From Octopus vulgaris (Eukaryota), in the NCBI GenBank assembly GCA_951406725.2, contig OX597825.1, positions 86,056,001 through 86,120,000 of the forward strand: a stretch of 64,000 nt of DNA, read 5' to 3'. The translations under genes were made by a program, and so were the position numbers. Shown in pieces: positions 51,651 to 62,600 of the stretch. The notes below the pieces were generated by a model, which was not told the DNA's origin, did no database searches, and saw only the letters and a program-made list of their open reading frames with translations. The first letter of the stretch is position 1. Each line of letters begins with the position of its first letter.

Positions 51651-54442
51651 TGCTCACAGACATATACACACATATAAAATGCACATACACATAACATATT
51701 GTGGACACACACACATGTACATTACATATAAATTTATACAAAGACACATAACATATTGTAGACACATACACACACACATATATATACACACATACATTGC
51801 ATATGCACACACACATGAGGGAGAGAGAGAGAGAGATTCAGGCAGACAAAAGGAAAACATATGTACAGCATTAAAAAAACTTCTCACTATCTCAGATTTC
51901 CTTCTGCAGCTCAGCCTCTCCACAAACAAAATAAAAAAAAAATAAGAAAAAAACAGAAAATATATAAAAACACCCACATCTGTTCTCTATACAAAGTCAG
52001 ATTCCGTTTCTCTGCATCTCGATGCAACAAGATAAAAAAAATAAAATAAAACTCCCTCCACTGAAACCTAAGTCAGTTCCTCATTGCTAGAGATATGTAG
52101 TGTCACAACGACCAAACTGGTAATTACTGGTATGGCACCAAACAGCATTGCTTTTGTGACAAACTGACAGGATTACTGGAATGCAAACGAGATAAAGCAG
52201 AGGCTTGCTCGTTTGGAATCTTGGTCGGATACAACTTTGGTTTTAACTAATTAATGATTTCAAATTTTGCCACAAGGCCAGCAATTTCAAGGAAGGGCAT
52301 GCATTGATAACATCAACCCCACCGCTTAACTGGTACTTTTTTTGTCAATCCCAAAGGGACAAATGGTAAAGCTGACCTTGGTGGAATTTGATCTCAGTAC
52401 AAAAAAAAGACGAATGAAATGCCAGTAAGCATTTTGGTCATGGGGCCAAGGATTCTACCGGATCACCATCTGATTTAACAAAGTAATAAAAATATTTTTA
52501 TGAAGGAGCATTGCTTAGTGGTTAGGGTGTTAGCTCGCAATTGTAAGATCAAGAGTTCAATTCCTGGTGGAGTGTTGTGACCCTGAGCAAGACACTTTAA
52601 TATCACGATTCTCCAGTCCACTCAGCTGGCAAAAACGAATTGTACCTGTAATTCTTTATCACACTGAATCTCCCTGAGAACTACATTCAGGCCACAAGTG
52701 TCTGTGGAGTACTCAGCCACTTGTACATTAATTTTATGAGCAAGCTGTGTGGTAAGTAGCTTGTTTACCAACCAAATGGTTCTGGGTTCAGTCCCACTGC
52801 GTGGCACTTTGGGCAAGTGCCTTCTACTATAGCCTTAGGCCGACCAAAGCCATGTGAGTGGATTTGGTAGACAGAAACTGAAAGAAGCCCATCATATATA
52901 TGTGGCCGTTGGCAGCGCCCCCCCCCCCACTGGCTTCCGTGCCGGTGGCACGTTAAAAGCTCCAACCGATCGTGGCCGATGCCGGACCCCCTGGCACCTG
53001 TGCAGGTGGCACGTAAAAAGCACCCACTACACTTGCGGAGTGGTTGGCGTTAGGAAGGGCATCCAGCTGTAGAAACTCTGCCAGATCAGACTGGAGCCTG
53101 GTGCAGCCCCTGGCTTCCCAGACCCCAGTTGAACCGTCCAACCCGTGCTAGCGCGGAAAACTGACGTTAAACGATGATGATGATATATATATATGTGTGT
53201 GTGTGTGCACCCCAGGCTAAAGAAGATCTTCGCCCAGGTACGGTGTTGTTATCTGTTTGGTGGGATATGAAAGGTTTAGTCCACTTTCAACTTTTAAACC
53301 CAAACCAAATGGTAACAAAGAAGATTTACGGTGAGCAGCTTGCGTGGCTTAAGTTCGCACTAGAATAAAAATGACCATCTTTGGTTTCAAAACGGAAGGT
53401 ATTCTTCCATCAGAATAATGCTTGGGCATATACAGCAAGGATGACATTCGAAAGGCTGAAGCAGTTTGAATGGGAAACGATGCCCCACTCACCGGATACT
53501 GCTCCTTCCAATTCTCATTTATTCTGCAATCTTCAAAATCATTTGGATGGAAAAAATATGAATTTTGTAGATGAGGTCAGAAGTATACTGGAGGAGTATT
53601 TTTCATTATAGACAAGTGAATTTTAGAAAAGGGGCCCTGCTAGACTATCATATAGATGGAAGAGCATTGGAGAAAATGAAAAGGAGTAAATTGTAGATGA
53701 AAAAAGAAATTTGTTTATCTTAATTTTGAAAAACAAAAGAAGAATAAAGAAAACCACATTATTTATGGGCTGACCCAATATGTGTGTGGGGCTGTACTTA
53801 ATTGTGGGTTAACAAGGCTACAAATGGTTTCATGTAAAAAGACAAAAAAGAGATATTTACAATTTTCAAGTGTGCTACATGGTAGCATTGGTACTCTTCT
53901 CTATTTTACGCCTGAATGCACAGAATTCTCATACCTTTATATCCTGCAAAAATGCTTCATTCTGACTCTTGAACAATTTCAACCAATCCACTGCTATGAG
54001 AGGGAAGTCAATTCGACCCGGTTTGAATGTTGACATAGAGATTTCTCGCCAAGCCTTTTTCCACATTGACGCTGAAAAACAATATTGGTAATTTCTTTTA
54101 TTGGCTGAAGGCAACAAATTCTTGAGGGAGGGGGGGGGGTCATGGTTGGAGAAGTGATCCCAGTAATTCAATACCATTTGTTATTTTATCAATCCGGTTG
54201 AGATTTGAACACAGAACAATAACTAAATACCAATATTTAGTCTGGCATTCTCCTGTTTCTGCTGCACCACCACAACAACAGTTTCATAGGTACAGGGCCA
54301 GATATTTGTTAAGAGGGGACAGGTGGTTACATCGACCCCTGTAATTAACTGATACATTATTTTACCTACCCTTTAAGAATGAAAGGTAAAGTTAATTTTG
54401 CTGGGATTTGAACTCTAAACTTAAAGGGTTATAGTTATAAAC

Positions 54443-54475
<33 letters not shown>

Positions 54476-55089
54476 CCTTTCTACTGTAGGCACAAGGCCT
54501 GAAATTCTCTGGGTAGGAGTGAGTTGATTATATCACCCCTAGTCGGTTATATTGACCAACTGGTACCTATTTTATTCACTACGAAAGGATAAAAGGCTAC
54601 ATCAGCCTCAGTAGAATTTGAAATTACAATGCAAAGACAGAGAAAAGGCTGATAAGCATTTTGTCCAGCTTGCTGCCTTATCTATTAATAATAATAATAA
54701 TAATCCTTTCTACTGGAAGCACAAGGTCTTAAATTTTGGGGAAAGGATGAAGTCGATTACATTGACCCCAGTACATAACTGGTACTTATATAACTGACCC
54801 TGAAAGGATGAAAGACAAAGTCGACCCGGAGGAATTTAAACTCACAACAGTGGCAGACAAAATACTGCTAAGCATTTCACCCAGCTTATTAACGATTCTA
54901 CCAGCTTGCTACCTTATCTATTAATTAATTAATTAATTAAGAATAATAATAATAGAGCATTGATAGATAAGCTCATGAGTGACAATCTTTTAAGATCTAA
55001 AAAATGGTGGAAATATGAATTAAAGAGACTTTGTTGGTCAGGACGTGGACAAAGTGGATTACTCGACTGCCATGTGTCCAATATAGGTC

Positions 55090-55121
<32 letters not shown>

Positions 55122-56629
55122 CATGTGTGTGTGCATATCAGTATTAGTCTGATGCTTGGGAAGGTGAGAAAGTCTTTTACATTTCGAGCCTATGCTCTTC
55201 AACAGAAAGGACACAAGGAAATAAAGAGAGAGAGAATAAAAAAAGAGAGAGAACAAAAAAATCTTGTGGATTTAGTGGTCAATCATGCACACACACACAT
55301 ACACACACTCAATATAAAGAAAAGAGTATTCAATACATGTTGTGGACGTTAAATATTTGTATTAACAGTTTGACTTTGATAAGCAATTACTACAAGTTTC
55401 ACATACACTAAAGTATGTCTGATTACTTGAATTCGATAATAGTGAGTTGTGAGGCTGTCACGGGTTCTAAATAAGGAGAAATATCATTGGATGATAATGA
55501 AAAAGGCTCTTATTAGTTTGGACGATGAGGTGAAGTATGTAATTTGACAAAGTGCTAGTGTCAGACAGCTGCTGGGTGGGGGGCAACTCTGGCACAATAG
55601 ATAGCAGCAAAATTTAAAATTTTGGTAGAATTTAAAGAATAGTGTGAAAATAATATAAATTAGTTGTTTATTCTATTTCAAAAATGTTATTGAAATAATA
55701 AAAGCAAGGGAGACCACTGTCTCTTATGGCAGTTGCCTCCCATCCAGGCGATACATAGCAGTCTCTACAACATGTAGCAATTGTTAAATTATTGGTTCCA
55801 CCATGCAGCTGAAACTGACCAATAAGAATAAACTTTGCTCTTCGTTTAGTAGCAATTGACCTTATTTAGAAACCCTGGGGCTGTCTTTACTACTCAGGAC
55901 ATTCGAATGATCAAACTTGATTTCGGCATCCCTAACACTAACCCTAACTTTTAGTAGAGCAAGTCTGAATAAAACACTGTGTGAGCGTGTGCGTGTGAGT
56001 GTGTGTGTGTGCGCATACATGTGCACACATACACACACACGAGAACAAGGTTCTCAGACAAAAACTATTTTATTGAAGGCAATGATTGGATGGCTGAGTA
56101 AAAGAGAGAGGGATGAGGGAGAGAACTGGGAGTGAAAGGGTGAAAGAAGAGAGATTTATGATGAGGGGAAATTGAGGTTTAGAACAAGAAGTCGATAGAG
56201 AAGGGGGGGATAGAGGAAGAGAGACTGATTGGCAGCTACTTACTGGTTGTTGGTAATGAGGTTGAATAGGAAAACAGCATAAGTAAGATAAGGGTGGGGG
56301 GAGAGACAGGAGGGAGACAAAGAAAGAGTAATGGATGTCAGTAAAAACTGGTAAGGAATTAAGTGGTAGGAGAAAGAGAGAGTAAGTAAGAGTAAAAGAG
56401 AGAAAGAGAGAGAGATGGTGAGCAAAGGCAGCTGATGGTATGGGTGTTAGATATGGACAGACTCAAAACTATATTTCATTACAAAGATGAAATGGTAGAA
56501 AAATAGGAGAGAAGGTAATTAATAGGAGAGAGGGTAACGAAGAGAGGGGGTGAAGAGCAAATGGAGGTTTAACAGGAACATAATGGGTGAGAGACAAAAA
56601 TGTTAAAATATATAAACAAATACATGAGC

Positions 56630-56662
<33 letters not shown>

Positions 56663-59600
56663 TTCTGGTAAAGATAACAGGTCAACAGCTACATGTTTAC
56701 CCCCATCAAAAGCAAATCTCTCAAACTGGGAGCCACGCAAATTTCATGTTGTTTGAGGAAATGATAGAATGAATTAAAATGTAAAAGTTGCTTAGATTTA
56801 GTTTTAACGACTAATTTTGAAATCTGAGTTCTTTGTGTAAAAAGTGTCTCTTGTTACAATTAAAACAAACATTTTGCTTCACTTTATTATTTCACTACAT
56901 TATTTTGTAATTCTTTTTAGTTCACATCCAGTTAAAGATTTGCCTCTCATTAAACTACACACACACACACACACACACGCACACACACACACACGTATGT
57001 ACCATATATATATGTGTGTGTGTGTGTGTGTGTATGTGTGTGTGTTTAGAAAAGGTCAACTAAATAGTGCAGAACAATTATTAAGTCAATATTTGGTGAC
57101 TGATGAAGAAGGGAGAGGAAAAAAAAAGAGAGAGACAGATAGGATAGAGAGAGAGGGAGGGACAAAGGAGAGAAAGAGAGAGAGAGAGAGTTAAATCAAA
57201 GAAAGAGGCGGCAACCATTTTAGTAAGTAATTAGTGCAAAACGTTGAATGTCTTGAAACTATTTAATGCTTCTTTCTCTTTCTTTGTATGTCAGTTTAAC
57301 CAAGGCTGAAACATGTCAAGATTCAGTGATCTTTTAACACAACTGCTCACTGTCCCTTCTAAATAACTGAATGGTTTAAGTCACAGTAAGCCATTCATAA
57401 AAACTTTATGGCCCACACAAAACAACAACAGCCAGGCGTGGCTGTGTGGTAAGAAGCTTGCTTCCCAACCTCATGGTTCCGGGTTCAATTCCACTGCATG
57501 GTACCTTGAGCAAGTGTCTTCTACTATAGCCTTGGTTGACCAAAGCCTTGTGAGTGGATTTGGTAGATAGAAACTGAAAGATGCCCATCATGTGTAAATA
57601 TATATTTATGTGTGTGTGTCTTTGTATCTGTGTTTGTCCCCCCCCCCCCACCATTGCTTGTTTATGTCTCCGAAACTTAACAGTTCAGCAAAAGAGACCG
57701 ATAGAATAAGTGCTGGGCTTACAAAGAATAAAGTCCTTGGGTTGATTTCTTCGACTAAAGGCGGTGCTCCAGCATTGCCGCAGTCAAATGACTGAAACGT
57801 GTAAAAGAGTGAATTTGTGAACTGCTAAACCATATTTCTAGAGAGACATGCGAAGAAATGTGAAAGACAAAGGATACAAAGCGGAACTCTGAGTACCGGA
57901 TGATTATGGTTGCCGCCGCTGCCACCACCACTGCCAGCAGCAGCAGATCAACCTGAACCAGTCTGCTAGAACGAACCCCACCAACAATTGAGTGCAAAAG
58001 AACAACTCGTGTGAATCTGACAGCCAACACTGTCAACTGTGATGGTCACCAACAGAACGTCTATAGATGCCCAAGAATAGATTGGCCAGCACCATGTCAG
58101 CTATGTGATAATGCACTCAATATAGTAAAAACCAGTGCAGAATAAGGTCACATTCCTCTGGGGGGGGGTCAAAGGGTTTTTTAATCTTTTGTTTCAGTCA
58201 TTACACTGTGGCCATACTGGAGCACTGTCTTGAAGAGTTTTCAGTTGAGTGAATCAAACCCAGGATCTTTTTTTTTTTAAACCTGGTACTTGTTCTATTG
58301 GTCTCTTTGGCTGAACTGCTAAGTTACAAGGGTGTAGCAGTTGTAAAGTGATGGTGGAGACAAATAGACACACACGCACACAACAGGCGTCTTTCAGCTT
58401 CCATCTATCAAACCCACTCACAAGTCTTTGGTCAGCCTCCCAAGGCTTTAGCAGAAGACATTTGCACAAGGTGCCATGCAGTGGGACTGAACCCGGAACC
58501 ATATGGTTGGGAAGCAAACTACTTACCACTGGATCACAACGTTAACTTGTGAGGAAAAGATGTGATAGAAATCAACTGGATGAAGTTCACAAAATAACAT
58601 GTCACGAGGAGTGGGGCTGGGGGAGGGAGTGGTGCAAAAATTCTAACATTTCCAGAAAGACCGTTTGCCGGAAGAGAGAAGAGAGTGAGTTGGATGGTTG
58701 ACAAAACCAACAAGATATTTCATTTCTAATAGTTTTACATCAGAGCAGTTGAAATACAGAGCTACCTGCAACTGGCTATTTCAAAGATTTACCTCATCTC
58801 GTTTCTTTTTTAGCTCTTACACACATCTACCTATTTATATATGCACACACACACACACACACATGCAGAGAGACTGACAGACAGACACTCATACATGAGT
58901 TAATTGCAAGCATTCAATTGCAAGCAGCAGTGTTTAATGTCTATTGTTACAGACAACTATTCTCAACTATAAATCTTGCTGTCAATGGATTAACTCTTTC
59001 ACAGCCTGACTACTGTGAAAGCTGCAGGCAGCACTGTGTCAGGTCTAGCTACTGCTTTCACACACAACCACCTTCATTGTAAATTCTGCCTAAGTAATGG
59101 TGGAACACAAATATATAAGAGATAAAAAAAAAAGCATTTTGGATGGGAAGAGAATCAGCAGAAGATGAAATTCTAGCTGCTGCCTGCCTTCTGCTGTGGA
59201 CTTTCGAAAAAAAAAAAAAGGTGTTTAAAAACATACAAGAGAAAAGAAAAAAAAATCGTGGTGTAAAATTATCAAAATATTCACAACGAAATACGTTTTA
59301 CGAAGAAAGAAAGAAGAAAAAAAACTGGGAAATTATTAAAATAAGATAAAACTAGAAAATATACGAGACAGAAGTGCAATACTTACGCCAATGAACGTGA
59401 ACGAGTAACCATTTTTGCATGGCACAGAAATGTATGACATGAGCCAAAGTCAGGGTTTTGCCTACTCCTCTTTCACCATCTTAGAGAAACAGTCAGGGAA
59501 TATTTAACGAGAGTTGGATTTTGTAATTTTATTATCATGCGATAGAGAAAATATGAGATGGTCATAATTGTAGCAACATGTAGGAAATTACTGATTTAAC

Positions 59601-62600
59601 TTTAATAATTTCTCTCATTAGGTACATTATCACAGACACACACATCATCATCATCATCGTTTAACGTCCGTTTTCCGGGGTCTAGGAAGCCAGGAGGCTG
59701 CACCGGGCTCCAGTCTGATCTGGCAGTGTTTCTACAGCTGGATACCCTTCCTAACCCCAACCACTCCATGATTGTAGTAGGTGCTTTTTACATGCCACCG
59801 GCACAGGTGCCAGGGGAGGCTGGCAGCGGCCACGATCGGTTGGTGCTTTTTACGTGCCACCGGCACAGAAGCCAGTCAAGGTGGCGCTGGCATCAGCCAC
59901 ATTCAGATGCTGCTTTTTACGTGCCACTGGCACAGGTATCGTAACTACAATTTCCATTTGATATTTATTTTGATATTGATGTACTTGACTCAATAGGTCT
60001 CCTCAGGAACAGCAGGTCACCCTACGATCCAAGGCAAGCACAGCAGGTCGTTCTGCAATCCAAGGTACTTTGGATGGGCTGGGGCTATGCGAAACTGGTG
60101 CAGGAAGCAGCCCGGGTCTTTGCAATCACAGCATATCTCCATCATTTAATATCCATTTTCCATGCTGAAATGGGTTAGATGGTTTGACAGGAGTGGCAAT
60201 CCAGAGAGCTACGCCAAACCCCATTTGTCTGTATTTGCACAGTTTCTACAGCTGGATTCCCTTCCTAATGCCAACCACTATATGGAGTGTACTGGGTGCT
60301 TTTTACATGGTACCAGCACAGGTGTTTTATATGTGGCACCAAAATGATTATAATGAGGAGGAGGAGAATAGTAGATGAACTAATTAAACCAGAGGAGTAC
60401 TAGTAATTTCTCCAAAGGTAAAATTAACTTTGATAAGACAGTTCTATATTTAAGAGATGAGGAATTATTTGCATTATTTACATTTGACAGCTATTTGTCC
60501 TCATCTTGTTTGTTGCTAACACAACATTTCGGCTGATATACCCTCCAAGCTTTTATCAGGTGTCTTGGGGAAATTTCGAACCTGGGTTCTCATTCCTAAG
60601 GTATTTTTCAATGTTATTATTATTATTATTGTTGTTCAGGTCACTGCCTGGAATCTTGGGGTTAGTAGCACGTGCTCTTAACCACTGTGGTTAATAGAGC
60701 AGGCTACTAACTTCAAGATCCTGAGTCTGATAATAATAATAAGAAGAAGAAGAAGAATACAAAATCAAATTCAATGACTGGCATCTGTGCTAGCGGGGTG
60801 CAAAGAGCACCATACGAGCGTGATCGTCGACAGAGCAGCTAACCAGCTTCCATGCCAGTGGCACTTAAAAGGCACCATTTGAGTGTGATTGTTACCAGCG
60901 TTGCTTTACTGGCACTTGTACCCGTGCTAGTAGCGTGCCAAGAGCACCATCCAAGCGTGATCGTTGCCAGAGTGGCTAACTGGCCTCCGTGCTGGTGGCA
61001 GGTAAGAGGCACCATTTGAGCGTGATCGTGGTATGTGCCGGTGGTATGTGTAAAAAGATTCAAGCGAGGTCATTGCCAGTACCGCCTGACTGGCCCCCGT
61101 GCCGGCAGCATGTAAAATCACCCACTACACTCTCAGAGTGGTTGGCATTAGGAAGGGCATCCAGCTGTAGAAACTCTGCCAGATCAAGATTGAAGTCTGG
61201 TGCAGCCATCTAGTTCACCAGCCCTCAGTCAATCGTCCAACCCATGCTTGCATGGAAAGTGGATGTTAAACGATGATGATGATGAATAATGGGAGCTACA
61301 TACACTGGAAGCTATGCCAACATTATGGAATAACAACAGAAAAAAGATGGTATAGGCACACACCAGAAAAGGTCACAGAAAACGAGAAAGCAACCATACT
61401 CTGGGATATGCCAATACATACAGAGAAATTAAGGCCAATAGGCCAGATATAGTTGTTAGAGATCATAAAGAAAAAAAAATGCTTTCTAATTGATGTATCA
61501 ATGCCAGCAGATGACAATGTGTCTCTAAAAGAAATGGAGAAACTTTCAAAATACAAAGACCAGGAAATGGAGGGAACACGGATGTGGAATCTAAAAACAG
61601 AAACAATTCCTATCATAGTAGGTGCATTAGGAATGATAAAAAAATATTCAGACAAATACATAACAAAAACACCAGGACTTACAAACACATATAACATACA
61701 GAAAATTGCACTACTAGGCACTGCACACATCCTACGCAGAACACTTTCCATACAATAACCATCAGAGAATCACAACAAATCACAACACATACCCAAGGCA
61801 CACAGAGCTGCGCTCGGTAGTGAAGTGAAAGCACGCTATAAAAATAAAACTGAATAATATTAATAATAACAATAATAATAATAATAATAATAATTCTGGA
61901 AGGTGCTTGGAAAATAAGAGGTATTACCTTAGTTCACTGGTAGTGAACAGCTGTCACCATAGTACATCGCCAGCATTAGAAGCTGTGCAAAGGCAATAAT
62001 AACAATAATAACATTGAAAAATACCTTAGGAATGAGAACCCAGGTTCGAAATTTTCCCAAGACACCTGATAAAGGCTGGAGGGTATATCAGCCAAAACGT
62101 TGTGTTAACAACAAACAAGATGACGATAAATATCCGTCAAATGTAAATAATGAACTTTGATAAGCTTTTCAACTCAGAACTTTGTGTCATGAAATTCAAT
62201 ACATCAAATGAGTGGATGTTCTTGACTTCAGATTAATACAAGAATTTCGATATATAATGAAAGAAATTGAGGTTGTGCAATGCAGTTTCATCAAAACAGA
62301 CATTAGGGTATTACAGTTCTGCAATGGAGTGAAGGCATGTTGCTTAGTGCTTAGCGCTTTCAGCTCATGATTGTGAGATTGTGAGGCGGCGAGCTGGCAG
62401 AACTGTTAGTACGCCGGACGAAATGCTTAGCAGTATTTCGTCTGCCACTACGTTCTGAGTTCAAATTCTGTCACGGTCAACTTTGCCTTTCATCCTTACG
62501 GGGTCGATTAAATAAGTACCAGTTACGCACTGGGGTCGATGTAATCAACGTAATCCATTTGTCTGTCCTCTCGGTGTTTAGCCCCTTGTGGGCAACAAAG

